A stretch of DNA of 64,000 bases from Candidatus Micrarchaeota archaeon (GCA_043821365.1 JBDRCX010000006.1:734151-798150), one strand, 5' to 3'. Positions 52,726-62,391 are shown, numbered from the stretch's first letter. Numbers and translations: made by a program. Notes: generated by a model not told the origin, from the sequence alone.

Positions 52726-53343
52726 ATGAAAGTACTTGATACTAAGGGCATTTTACTCGCCCTTTTTTTTGGTTTTATTCTTTTTGTTTTTGGTGGGTTT
52801 AGCTATCTTGTTTTGATGTTAGTTTTCTTCTTCCTGGCAATTCTAGTAACCAGATATGATTACGAACTAAAACGTGATCTTGGTCTCTATGAGCATGAAC
52901 GTGGTTGGGAGAATGTCCTATCAAATGGATCTTTACCTGCATTACTTGCTCTTTTGAGTCCAATTACAGGTCCAATTCCATTCATTGCATCAATTGCAGC
53001 AGTTACTGCAGATAAATTTGGTTCTGAAGTTGGAGTTCTTGATCGTAATGATCCAGTTTCGGTTTTGAATTTTAAGCATGTTAAACCAGGTACAAGTGGT
53101 GCTATGAGCATACTAGGAACAATTGGTTCTTTTGCTGGTTCAGGTTCAATCGGATTTGCAGCTATGTTCATATTCAATTTGGATCCAACCCAAGCATTTT
53201 TGATATCTATTGCTGGATTAGTTGGTGCTATTTTTGATACGTTATTCGGTGTACTAGAAGAAAGAGGAATAGGCACAAAAGGCACAACAAATTTGATTTG
53301 TTCTCTTGCTGGTGCATTAATAGGTTATTATTTTATTAAATAA
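52726..53343 (+). CDS. DUF92 family membrane protein
   Basis: RGWENVLSNG, AAVTADKFGSEVG, PGTSGAMS, FDTLFG, TNLICS. Confidence 0.9.
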   Translation: MKVLDTKGILLALFFGFILFVFGGFSYLVLMLVFFFLAILVTRYDYELKRDLGLYEHERGWENVLSNGSLPALLALLSPITGPIPFIASIAAVTADKFGSEVGVLDRNDPVSVLNFKHVKPGTSGAMSILGTIGSFAGSGSIGFAAMFIFNLDPTQAFLISIAGLVGAIFDTLFGVLEERGIGTKGTTNLICSLAGALIGYYFIK

Positions 53344-53421
53344 GGAGGGTTTTCAATGTTTACATTACATATGATGGGGATGGAAAACCCCACGGCTAAT
53401 GGCGTGGAGGGTTTTCAATGA
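53344..53421 (+). repeat. 15-bp duplication of the SD+ATG around a 47-nt hairpin insert, creating a 21-aa uORF (53356-53421)
   Basis: GGAGGGTTTTCAATG at 53344-53358 and 53406-53420. Confidence 0.9.
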
Positions 53422-54122
53422 GGGCATTTGTTTTAGCAGGTGGTGAAGGAACACGTCTTAGACCATATACATATTCTATCCCCAAACCAATGCTTTTGGT
53501 TGGTGGAAAGCCAATAGTGCAGTATGTTTTGGAACACATTAAGGAAAGTGGGGTTACAGAAGCAACTTTGGCAGTTGGATACCTCCATGAAAAAATATTT
53601 GATTATTTTGCAGATGGGAAAAAACTTGGGATGAAAATCTCATATACCATCGAAGAGGAAGCACTTGGTACGGCTGGTTCTATTCTTGTAGCTAAAAATC
53701 GTCCAAAGGAACCATTTATTGTGGTTATGGGAGATGCAATCATGGATTTTGATCTTAAAAGTATGATTGAAATGCATAGAAAATCCGGAGCTATTGCCAC
53801 AGTTGCGCTTCTAAAACACAAGACAAAAGTTCACTATGGCGTGGCCAATATTACCAATGGTTATATCACTGCATTTCAAGAAAAACCAGAACTTGAACAT
53901 TACATAAATACTGGAGTCTATGTACTTTCACCAGAAATATTCACTTTCGTTAAAGAAAAAGAAGATTTTGCTAAAGACGTGTTCCCCCGTCTTCTATCTA
54001 ATAATCAGAAAATATGTGCTTTCAAAGTTGACCAAGGAGTTTGGGTAGATATAGGGCGCTTGGAAGAATATGAAAAATTAAAAGATGGGAAGGAAATCAC
54101 CAGATTGTTGGGTAAAAAATGA
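53418..54122 (+). CDS. NDP-sugar synthase / nucleotidyltransferase
   Basis: LAGGEGTRLRPYT, PKPML, LGTAGS, VMGD, EKP, INTGVY, WVDIG. Confidence 0.92.
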   Translation: MRAFVLAGGEGTRLRPYTYSIPKPMLLVGGKPIVQYVLEHIKESGVTEATLAVGYLHEKIFDYFADGKKLGMKISYTIEEEALGTAGSILVAKNRPKEPFIVVMGDAIMDFDLKSMIEMHRKSGAIATVALLKHKTKVHYGVANITNGYITAFQEKPELEHYINTGVYVLSPEIFTFVKEKEDFAKDVFPRLLSNNQKICAFKVDQGVWVDIGRLEEYEKLKDGKEITRLLGKK

Positions 54123-55088
54123 TTAGAATTGTGCGTAAAGCAAAATTACTACCAATCCAAATAATGCTTCAAATCCAATGAAAAATAGAGTAATATTTCT
54201 CTCGCTTATTCCATTAAACATTTTCATAACAAGATGTACTAGGCCCTTTATTTTATTGTCCTTTGGATATAATTTGCCATTCTTTATCTGTTGGTGGGTG
54301 TGCGGGAATTTATTCACTGCTTTTATGAAAAAGTCAATAACGTATGGTATCACTAATATTGCTCCTGCACTCTCAATATTCCCTATTATTACTGTTGCTG
54401 CAAGAACAACCCCTATGGTTAAATTTCCAACATCCCCTGGGAATATTTTTGCAGGATAAATATTAAAAGCTAAAAATGCCAAAAGCGCTCCAAGCATTGA
54501 TATTGATGGTATTGTTATTTCTGCTGATCCTTTTGTTATACCTATAATAGTCATAGCAGTAAACATCACCACACCCATACCAGTTTCCATCCCATTAAAA
54601 CCAGCAAGCATGTTTGTAAGATTAGATGCAATCGCAATTCCAAGTGGTATAAGTAGAAGTATATATATCACTCCGAAATCAATTAAACCAAAAAACGGTA
54701 AACTAATTATTGTGCTTCCAGCTGCCTGAGTTGCAATCAATGGAATTGCAGCAAATAATGGTAGGATCGCCTTAAGCCACTGAGGAAGAGAAAGAAGATC
54801 ATCAACCATACCTATAAATCCAATTGAGTGTATGGTAATAAGGGCTGCAAGAACATAAACCAAATTAAATGAAAACCCAAAAAACGAGTTCATAAATATT
54901 GCTAATAAAAGTCCGGCAGTAAAACCAGCAACAATTGCAATGCCACCCATCTCAGGTATTTCAGGCATTCCTTCTTTGTTTTCATCCTTGCCTGTTATTC
55001 CAAATCGCGTAAGTCGTGGAACTAATACATTGGTTAGAATGAATGAAGTTGAAAATGCAACCAATCCAAAAAACAAATATTCGATCAT
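54123..55088 (-). CDS. MraY/Alg7-like polyprenol-phosphate GlcNAc-1-P transferase (AglH-like)
   Basis: PEMGGIAI, GMVDD, NLTNMLAGFNG, FNIYPAKIFPGDVG. Confidence 0.9.
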   Translation of the reverse strand: MIEYLFFGLVAFSTSFILTNVLVPRLTRFGITGKDENKEGMPEIPEMGGIAIVAGFTAGLLLAIFMNSFFGFSFNLVYVLAALITIHSIGFIGMVDDLLSLPQWLKAILPLFAAIPLIATQAAGSTIISLPFFGLIDFGVIYILLLIPLGIAIASNLTNMLAGFNGMETGMGVVMFTAMTIIGITKGSAEITIPSISMLGALLAFLAFNIYPAKIFPGDVGNLTIGVVLAATVIIGNIESAGAILVIPYVIDFFIKAVNKFPHTHQQIKNGKLYPKDNKIKGLVHLVMKMFNGISERNITLFFIGFEALFGLVVILLYAQF

Positions 55089-56338
55089 TTTTCATCCCGG
55101 ATTTTTTGTATTACTTTCTTTGCATATTCCACATCAAAATTCTTTTCACTACTCAGAATCTCCGCAACATTGTCAATTTCATCCTGATTTGCTCCTGCAT
55201 ACATGGCCACATTCCTTGCATGTAATTTCATGTGGCCTTTTTGTATACCCTCAGTACTAAGTGCCATTAAAGCAGCAACGTTATTCGCTAAACCAACACA
55301 AGCCATTGCCATTGCAAGTTGTTTGGATGTTTTAGCGTCCATAATTTTAAGTGCTGTTTTCGCAGTTGGGCTACTATTTATTGCAGGACCAACTGTTGCA
55401 ACTGCAAGTGGAAGTTCTATTGCACCCACCAAATCACCATTTTCGTTTTTGTAATACTTAGTAAGTGAGTGGTATCCACCGAGGGCAGCATAAGCATGCG
55501 CTCCAGCTTCTACCGACCTCCAATCATTGCCTGTTGCCAATACCACTGCATCTATTCCATTCATTATGCCCTTATTGTGCGTTGCACATCTGTAAACATC
55601 AACTTTTGCAAATTCATAGGCATCAAGGATCCCTTCAATTGCTTCTTCTCCAATAACCGTTTTTTTCCAAACTGCTGTTGCTTTGGTTTTTCTTTTATCT
55701 GCTAAATTGCTTATTATCCTCAATCTTACTTTTCCCTCAGTTAATTCAACAAGAACTGGGGCAACATTCTCGAGTACTGTGTTAACCATGTTTGCTCCTT
55801 GTGCATCTCCGACTAGGATTTGAAATTCAACTATTATCATCTCTCCTCTATCTGTTTCAAGTTTTTTCACTTCAAATTTTTTTGCTCCACATCCGTATCT
55901 TTCATGTGGTTTCATGTATTCATGTGCTATCTCCATTATTTTTTGTCTGTTCAATTCAATGTTTTTTACTGCTTGATTGCTGTCTTTTACACTAACCACT
56001 TGGATTTGACCAATCATAATGGAATCTTCTGCCTCTGCTTTGAAACCTTCGGGTAAGGTTAATTTTGCTGCTTTGCATGCTGCTGCAATAACTGATGGCT
56101 CCTCAACAGCCATTGGTATTATCACTTCTTTCCCATTTATTACAAAATTAAGTCCTAGACCCATTGGGATGTGAACTGCACCAATTACATTTTCAACTAT
56201 TTTATCTGCTTTTTCCAATTCAAGTGCTCCACTGTTTAAGAGTAGTCTAACTTCATCATCAGTTAGGTTTGCAATTTTTTTGATTTTTGAAATCCTCTCA
56301 TCTACATTTAATTTATAAAACCCTGAAAGTTCCGTCAT
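55085..56338 (-). CDS. mvaA: HMG-CoA reductase, class II
   Basis: ENVIG, PMAVEEPSVIAA, GDAQGANMVNT, THNKGIMNG, GNDWRSVEAGAH, HMKLHARN. Confidence 0.94.
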   Translation of the reverse strand: MTELSGFYKLNVDERISKIKKIANLTDDEVRLLLNSGALELEKADKIVENVIGAVHIPMGLGLNFVINGKEVIIPMAVEEPSVIAAACKAAKLTLPEGFKAEAEDSIMIGQIQVVSVKDSNQAVKNIELNRQKIMEIAHEYMKPHERYGCGAKKFEVKKLETDRGEMIIVEFQILVGDAQGANMVNTVLENVAPVLVELTEGKVRLRIISNLADKRKTKATAVWKKTVIGEEAIEGILDAYEFAKVDVYRCATHNKGIMNGIDAVVLATGNDWRSVEAGAHAYAALGGYHSLTKYYKNENGDLVGAIELPLAVATVGPAINSSPTAKTALKIMDAKTSKQLAMAMACVGLANNVAALMALSTEGIQKGHMKLHARNVAMYAGANQDEIDNVAEILSSEKNFDVEYAKKVIQKIRDEK

Positions 56339-56343
56339 ATGAA

Positions 56344-56796
56344 CTACCTATAAGTATTTTCTAATTTATCTAATGCAGTTGCTATATTTACAAATGCACT
56401 ATCTGCTTTCTTTAGATAGAATCCCTTAAATATCTCCTTAAGGTCCTTTCGTTCTCCATCTCCAAGCGCATGTCTTCCTTTCTTTCTACTCAATATGCCT
56501 AATTTTGTCATTCTCTGAAGGTGATAATATACTGCTTTTGGATTCTGTTTCTCTTTACTTGTTTCTTCCAATCTAGATATTATGTCTCTTGTTGTTGGAG
56601 ATTCATTTTTCACATGAAACTCAATAATAACCTCCAAAATATCAAGCAATAGTTTTCTGGTTTCATTCGGCATTATAAGCCCAAGTGATAGTGCAAGCCA
56701 TCTTACAAGAGATTTTCTTGCCAAAAGCACTTCATCTGGTAGTGCAAGTTCTCTTATCGTCAGTTCTGAACGTATGAGCTTTGACTCAGGGATCAT
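56344..56796 (-). CDS. Conserved hypothetical protein, probable winged helix
   Basis: TTRDII..KAVYYHLQRMTKLGIL wHTH-like pattern. Confidence 0.6.
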   Translation of the reverse strand: MIPESKLIRSELTIRELALPDEVLLARKSLVRWLALSLGLIMPNETRKLLLDILEVIIEFHVKNESPTTRDIISRLEETSKEKQNPKAVYYHLQRMTKLGILSRKKGRHALGDGERKDLKEIFKGFYLKKADSAFVNIATALDKLENTYR

Positions 56797-56846
56797 AAAT
56801 CGAATTCTAAGAGAAAGATTATAATAATAGTTGTGTAAGTAATGTC

Positions 56847-57218
56847 GTGGTAAATTTAACTATCCGTTGTCATCCAGACGTACTGTTTGGTTATTCTAAC
56901 AACCATGTTGAGCTTATACTGAGAGTAGAAAACCATGAAAAACACCCAGTATGGGTAGAGGCAGAGATATCTGTCCCCCAACATCTTTCACTCAGCCCCC
57001 ACAATGGCCTTCGTAAAGGCAGGGTGAGGATTGGTATTGTTAGCAATAAAGAGTTTTTAGAAAAGGCAGTTAGAGTTTATGGGTCTAGTTTAACTCATTC
57101 TCAAATGTATAAATGTAATGTTATTCTATATTCATTTAATCAAGATGGGGTAATAGAAAAACGCTTAGAAAAAACCGCATCTATTAGGTGTGAACTCAAA
57201 AAGGAAGCATCAATTTAG
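56847..57218 (+). CDS. Hypothetical beta-rich protein
   Basis: 123-aa ORF with a GTG start fills the gap. Confidence 0.6.
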   Translation: MVNLTIRCHPDVLFGYSNNHVELILRVENHEKHPVWVEAEISVPQHLSLSPHNGLRKGRVRIGIVSNKEFLEKAVRVYGSSLTHSQMYKCNVILYSFNQDGVIEKRLEKTASIRCELKKEASI

Positions 57219-57673
57219 ATAAATTTAATCATCTTATCCGCAAACAAGTGTGAAAGATATCCAATCAAACCTACAAGTGCAAATCTCCAATCTAGAACTA
57301 AATACAACAAAACTCCAAAAACAAGTGTAGCTACAATCGTATGTGTTATTCCCCTGTGCTTTGGTTTGAAAAGTCTAAATAATAAAAAGTAACCACCTAA
57401 AACAGCTAACCAAACAACAAATAATGAAATTTCTGGTATGCAGACTTTATTATGGCAACCAGACCAATAAAGAACAAAAAAACTAGTTAATATAAAGCCG
57501 ATATCAAGTAATTTTCTTCCTTTACTCATGTCGTGGTCAAGATCTGGTGCAAGTGCAGCAAGCCCACCAAAAATAGCAAATCCTAATATTTCGAATAAAT
57601 TTGTTATTCCTAGTAAATAGACTGCTATAGCTGAACATATTGCGCCAATTATGGCATGGGAACGCCAATTCAT
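57215..57673 (-). CDS. YdjM-like membrane metal-dependent hydrolase
   Basis: SH, APDLDH, HRGITHT, SHLFAD. Confidence 0.88.
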   Translation of the reverse strand: MNWRSHAIIGAICSAIAVYLLGITNLFEILGFAIFGGLAALAPDLDHDMSKGRKLLDIGFILTSFFVLYWSGCHNKVCIPEISLFVVWLAVLGGYFLLFRLFKPKHRGITHTIVATLVFGVLLYLVLDWRFALVGLIGYLSHLFADKMIKFI

Positions 57674-57704
57674 AAAGAAATAAAGAAAAGAGAAAATAAA
57701 AAGG

Positions 57705-58553
57705 TTAGTTGCCGACTTCGTAGGAAACACTAACAGATAAGCTCATGGAAACTTCTCCAGGAGATAAAGTTGTTGGTGCTGCTCCAACTGCGTCTTCGGC
57801 ATATGACAGAGTTTTGTAGCTATTATAATAATATGGGTTGACGTAAGAACTTTCACTTGCTGAAAGAACATCACCAAGTGTAATTCCCAATCCCTCGGCT
57901 ATTTTCTCTGCTTCTGCTTTTGCTGCGGCAGCTGCTTCTTTCAACAGTGTTTTTGTCATTTCACTTCTTGTCGAAGGTTTTAATGTGTAAGATATGGAAT
58001 CAACAAATGTTTCATTCACACCAGTAGCTGCTGCTGCGTCTATCACAGAGCCTCCTTTGTCAAGTTCTTCAACATCAATCAGAAGCATATGTGTTGTTTC
58101 ATATCCAGTTAGTTCGTATTCCCAATGGCAAGCTTTTCCTTGTGAATTACAAACATAATCACTTTCATAATCTGGGTCAACACTATATGAAGTTGTTTTT
58201 ATGTCACTATCATTAATTCCTAGGTTCTCTAATTTTGCTAATAATTCATTTGTTACTTCTGCATTTCTTGATTGTGACTCAGATGCATTATCATCTATAG
58301 TCGTTATACTTATCCTTATTTCAAGCAAATCAGGAGCAACTTCCTTTGTTGCTGATGCCGAAACACTTATGTCGTGATCCGGAGGTACTGTTGTCATGTA
58401 TATATTTGGAGTGTTATTCAAATGAGACATATCTACTCTAGGTGCATAATCACCTTGTGCGAGCATGTATCCCCCTCCAACCATTCCTAAAGCAATTAAG
58501 AGTGATGCTAAAACAATCATAGTTCCGCATCCACCAATTTCACATTCTTTCAT
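57705..58553 (-). CDS. SIMPL (DUF541) domain protein
   Basis: ISVSASA..VAPD, IKTTSYSVDP, AKAEAEKIAEGLG.TLG, PGEVSMS. Confidence 0.9.
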   Translation of the reverse strand: MKECEIGGCGTMIVLASLLIALGMVGGGYMLAQGDYAPRVDMSHLNNTPNIYMTTVPPDHDISVSASATKEVAPDLLEIRISITTIDDNASESQSRNAEVTNELLAKLENLGINDSDIKTTSYSVDPDYESDYVCNSQGKACHWEYELTGYETTHMLLIDVEELDKGGSVIDAAAATGVNETFVDSISYTLKPSTRSEMTKTLLKEAAAAAKAEAEKIAEGLGITLGDVLSASESSYVNPYYYNSYKTLSYAEDAVGAAPTTLSPGEVSMSLSVSVSYEVGN

Positions 58554-58570
58554 TTTTACACCTCTAAAAT

Positions 58571-58593
58571 AAAAAGAACCTATGGTTCTTTTT
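58571..58593. terminator. AAAAAGAACC-family hairpin at a gene 3' end
   Basis: AAAAAGAACC-TAT-GGTTCTTTTT. Confidence 0.6.
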
Positions 58594-58925
58594 TAATCCA
58601 ACGATATTGGTTTGCAGATACCAACTGCATCTGCAGCATATTCTGGAATATAATCTGTACAATAATAATCTTCCGGACATCTAAAGCCAGCGAAGCCACC
58701 ACATTCACAATACTGTATACATTGGAGGGTACACACTGAACCTTCAGGTGCTCCCCTACATGCTGATCCACATTCATTCCAATGTCCCCCAGCTGCTTCG
58801 CAAATTGTTTCATTTAAAGAAGCTTTATCTACAAAAGTTCCATTTGGTTGGTTTGGTGGTAAACTATCAGTACAACCAAAAATTAACAAACCACCAAGAA
58901 AAACCATTACTACTTCAGATCTCAT
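58593..58925 (-). CDS. Small lipobox Cys-rich protein
   Basis: IFGC; CEAAGGHW, CTLQC, CGGFAGFRCP. Confidence 0.75.
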   Translation of the reverse strand: MRSEVVMVFLGGLLIFGCTDSLPPNQPNGTFVDKASLNETICEAAGGHWNECGSACRGAPEGSVCTLQCIQYCECGGFAGFRCPEDYYCTDYIPEYAADAVGICKPISLD

Positions 58926-59003
58926 ACTTAAGCTAACTACTGTGATATTTAAACCTTTAATCTTTTACTGCTGTTAAAACCGAATAATTATATTTCTAAT
59001 CTG

Positions 59004-59945
59004 TTGATGGAAGTTATGCGAATCTTGTATCTTATCCTTGTAATTGTCTTTTTGTTTGGTTGTACTAATCAAGAAACTGTTTACAATAGACTTGATTCTA
59101 TTCCATCAGATGCAGTAAAAATTACGCCTCAAGTTGATTTCTATCCGCCAATACTTCACTCTTCTGAATGGTATGCGCCTGCTCCGCTTACAAGTACAAT
59201 AAATAGTGCTGGAGCTGAAGATTCCCCATTTATCAGTTCTGATGGCAATACTTTTTATTTTTTCTTCACACCTGATGTGCGTGTTCCAGTTGAAAAACAA
59301 GTTATAGACAATGTTACTGGCATTTATTGGTCTAAGAAAATTAATGGTAGTTGGTCTACTCCCGAAAGAATAATCTTACAGGATAAAGGAAAACTTTCTC
59401 TTGATGGATGCGAATTCATACAAGGAAATAAAATGTGGTTTTGTTCAGCAAGAGAAGGATATACTGGTCTTCATTGGTTTACTGCAGAATTGAAAAATGG
59501 GAAATGGGAAAATTGGCAATCGGAGCCATTCAAAGATGAATACGAAGTCGGAGAATTGCATATCACTTCAGATGGTCAAGAGTTGTATTTTCATTCTTCA
59601 AGAGTTGGTGGAAAGGGTGGCTATGATATGTGGGTCTCAGAAAATTTGGGTGGGCAATGGCAGGAACCTACAAACATTGAAATTGTAAATACTGGTGATA
59701 ATGAAGGTTGGCCATTTATCAACGAGGATAAAACCGAACTCTGGTTTACTAGGTTCTATCTTGGTTCTCCAGCTGTTTTCCGATCAAAAAGTATCAATGG
59801 CTCTTGGTCAGAACCAGAACTAATTGTTTCACAGTTTGCAGGCGAACCAACTCTGGATAATCAAGGTAATCTGTATTTTGTCCATCATTTCTACGATAAT
59901 GGAACTATGTTAGAAGCTGATATTTATGTTGCTTATAAAAAATAA
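59004..59945 (+). CDS. Lipobox PD40/TolB-like beta-propeller protein
   Basis: LFGC; repeated PFISSDGNTFYFF, ITSDGQELYFHS, PFINEDKTELWF. Confidence 0.8.
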   Translation: MMEVMRILYLILVIVFLFGCTNQETVYNRLDSIPSDAVKITPQVDFYPPILHSSEWYAPAPLTSTINSAGAEDSPFISSDGNTFYFFFTPDVRVPVEKQVIDNVTGIYWSKKINGSWSTPERIILQDKGKLSLDGCEFIQGNKMWFCSAREGYTGLHWFTAELKNGKWENWQSEPFKDEYEVGELHITSDGQELYFHSSRVGGKGGYDMWVSENLGGQWQEPTNIEIVNTGDNEGWPFINEDKTELWFTRFYLGSPAVFRSKSINGSWSEPELIVSQFAGEPTLDNQGNLYFVHHFYDNGTMLEADIYVAYKK

Positions 59946-60909
59946 TTATATCTTTTGTTTAATTTTAGTATTTATCCTAATATCTGGATGTGGTCAAAAA
60001 CAGGACCACTCTCTTAATTCAACTAATCAAATAAATTCAACTCTTAAAGGTGTGACACTAACACCAAAAAGCTTCCAATCTTCTGATTTTAATGAATTTT
60101 TTGTAAAAGCAAATCAAGCAGGTAGTCTAGTTGCTTGGGCAGGTGATTGGAATGAGCTTGGAGAAAATGATGGTGGTCCGAAAGTGGTGGCAGAACTTGC
60201 ACCAACCTACGGTTATACTCCCGTAATAGAGGTACAATTCTTTACTCAATCAGATGGTAATATGATTAGAGAATTTGATGATAATACAAAAATGGATTAT
60301 AAAGCTAAAGCAGTTGCATTTGCTGAAAAGTATAAGCCAGAATATTTTGGATTAGGTATAGAAGTAAATATCTTATATGAGAAATCCGAATCTGATTTTA
60401 ATGATTTTGTTAGTTTCTATTCAGAAGTTTACGATGCGATTAAGCAAAAATCTCCAAATACCAAAGTATTTACTGTTTTTCAACTAGAAAAAATGAAAGG
60501 CCTTGGTTTTTTCAACACTCCAAATAGTTCATCACAATGGTCTTTGCTTAATAAATTTCCAAAATCAGATATTATTGCTTTTACTACCTACCCTGATCTA
60601 GTATATTCATCTCCTTCTGATATCCCTGATGAGTATTATGGTGAGATTAAAGCACACACATCAAAACCAATAGCATTTACTGAGATAGGTTGGCATACTG
60701 CAGCAGAACCAAGTGGGTGGGAGAGCAGTGAAAACGAACAATCAGAATTTTTATCAATTTTTTTCAATCAAACATCAGTCCTAAATAAAGAATTCATAAT
60801 TTGGAGCTTTCTCTACGATCAAAATACAATCCAACCTTTTGATAGTATGGGTCTTATTGATGAATATGGAACTTCAAAATTAGCATGGAATGTTTGGATA
60901 AATAATTAA
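59926..60909 (+). CDS. Lipobox clan-A-like glycoside hydrolase (TIM barrel)
   Basis: ISGC; GIEVN (acid/base), FTTYP, KPIAFTEIGW (nucleophile). Confidence 0.7.
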   Translation: MLLIKNNYIFCLILVFILISGCGQKQDHSLNSTNQINSTLKGVTLTPKSFQSSDFNEFFVKANQAGSLVAWAGDWNELGENDGGPKVVAELAPTYGYTPVIEVQFFTQSDGNMIREFDDNTKMDYKAKAVAFAEKYKPEYFGLGIEVNILYEKSESDFNDFVSFYSEVYDAIKQKSPNTKVFTVFQLEKMKGLGFFNTPNSSSQWSLLNKFPKSDIIAFTTYPDLVYSSPSDIPDEYYGEIKAHTSKPIAFTEIGWHTAAEPSGWESSENEQSEFLSIFFNQTSVLNKEFIIWSFLYDQNTIQPFDSMGLIDEYGTSKLAWNVWINN

Positions 60910-60912
60910 AAT

Positions 60913-62313
60913 TTAAGAAGTACCAATTGCATTCATTCTTCCATATAATTCTCTTAAACTTTCTCTGAAATTAGGATCAATCACATTTACTTTTTGCTCT
61001 GAATAAACCCGTATTCTCTCATATGCTGCACTATCAAGTTCCATCATCATAACAAATTCATCAACATTATGGATAGTTCGATTTCTCAATCTCATATGTG
61101 CTGCTTGTAATACAACAACATAACCATTTGTTATGGCTTCTTCCAAATGTATAATTGCCAATGCAATTCTGTCTGTTTTTTGATATCTACTTCCTTCATT
61201 TCCTAACATTCCAATAAGTCTGTTTAATTCCTCTATTCTCCCTTCAATATCAAAAGCTACTTCAGGTAATTTGTCTCTGAGTTGCACAAGTAAAGAATAT
61301 TCTGTTGTTAATGTTCTTTCTCTTGAAGCAAGTTCTTGTTGTTTTCCAGGATCATCTCCTACTGCATCTCTCTCCACAACAACATATTCAATTCGTGTGA
61401 GTAACATTTCATCGATTCTTCTATATCCTCCATCATACCTTCCAATTTCTTCAAGTATTATTTGGTGCGCATCTTCTGCTTCTCTAAGTGCATTCTTTAT
61501 GGTAGAAACCGCATTTATTCCGTCAACTAGTTCTCTCATTTCTGTTCTTAAAATTCCAATCTCTTCCAGTGTTCTACGTTTTACTCTATTATTAGTTATA
61601 CTAGACATCATCCTCTCAAATCTAACGAGTAATATGTTGATCTGATCTCTTTGGTCTTGTTCCAAATCACGTGTTAAATAGCTTGAAAGTAGTATGGCAT
61701 AATTCTTTACAAGGGCAATTTCCATTCTTGCCATTGATCTATCGTCAGTTACCTTCATTCGACCTAAATCTGGTTCATCAATTAGAGGAACTGGTAATTC
61801 GCGTACTATCTCAGCTAAAGATTCTGCTTCTATCCTAATCTGTTCTCTTCTGTAAGTTAAAGCTTCTCTTGATAAAAATTGATGGTAACTATCTAAATCT
61901 TCTAATCTTCTTGTTAGCTCCTGTGTACCTGCGTTTTCCCAAGTTGCTACTTCTGCTAATATTGCTTTTCCACCAATACCAACAGGAACTTCTTTTCCAT
62001 GTCTTTTGATTGTTGCAACATAAGTGTGTGCTAAAACAATTGCAAGACGATTTACTATATTCCAAGAATCCTCAGTGAGTTCTTTTTTTGATGATCGTGC
62101 GAATCTTACAATTGCATTTCTAAGTGGCCCGCTTTCATTAGCATTAAGATTAGGGAGTAAGGAAACTGCCATTCTATAAATTGCAAGTGCTTGGTTTCTT
62201 TTATGATCAATACCAATAGCACCTTCTACTTTTGTAAATCTTCTTTCTACCAGTGCATTTAAACTGGCTACTTCTCTTGCATCTAGTCCTCTAAGAGTTT
62301 TGCCACCATTCAT
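60913..62313 (-). CDS. Orphan all-helical/coiled-coil protein
   Basis: E/R/L-rich heptads; likely start MNGGK at 62313. Confidence 0.7.
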   Translation of the reverse strand: MNGGKTLRGLDAREVASLNALVERRFTKVEGAIGIDHKRNQALAIYRMAVSLLPNLNANESGPLRNAIVRFARSSKKELTEDSWNIVNRLAIVLAHTYVATIKRHGKEVPVGIGGKAILAEVATWENAGTQELTRRLEDLDSYHQFLSREALTYRREQIRIEAESLAEIVRELPVPLIDEPDLGRMKVTDDRSMARMEIALVKNYAILLSSYLTRDLEQDQRDQINILLVRFERMMSSITNNRVKRRTLEEIGILRTEMRELVDGINAVSTIKNALREAEDAHQIILEEIGRYDGGYRRIDEMLLTRIEYVVVERDAVGDDPGKQQELASRERTLTTEYSLLVQLRDKLPEVAFDIEGRIEELNRLIGMLGNEGSRYQKTDRIALAIIHLEEAITNGYVVVLQAAHMRLRNRTIHNVDEFVMMMELDSAAYERIRVYSEQKVNVIDPNFRESLRELYGRMNAIGTS

Positions 62314-62391
62314 TTGTTGATCACCGTTGTGATTATATACAAATGTTATAAACAATGGTATTTTAACTATATTGTTTCATAGTTAAGCCTA

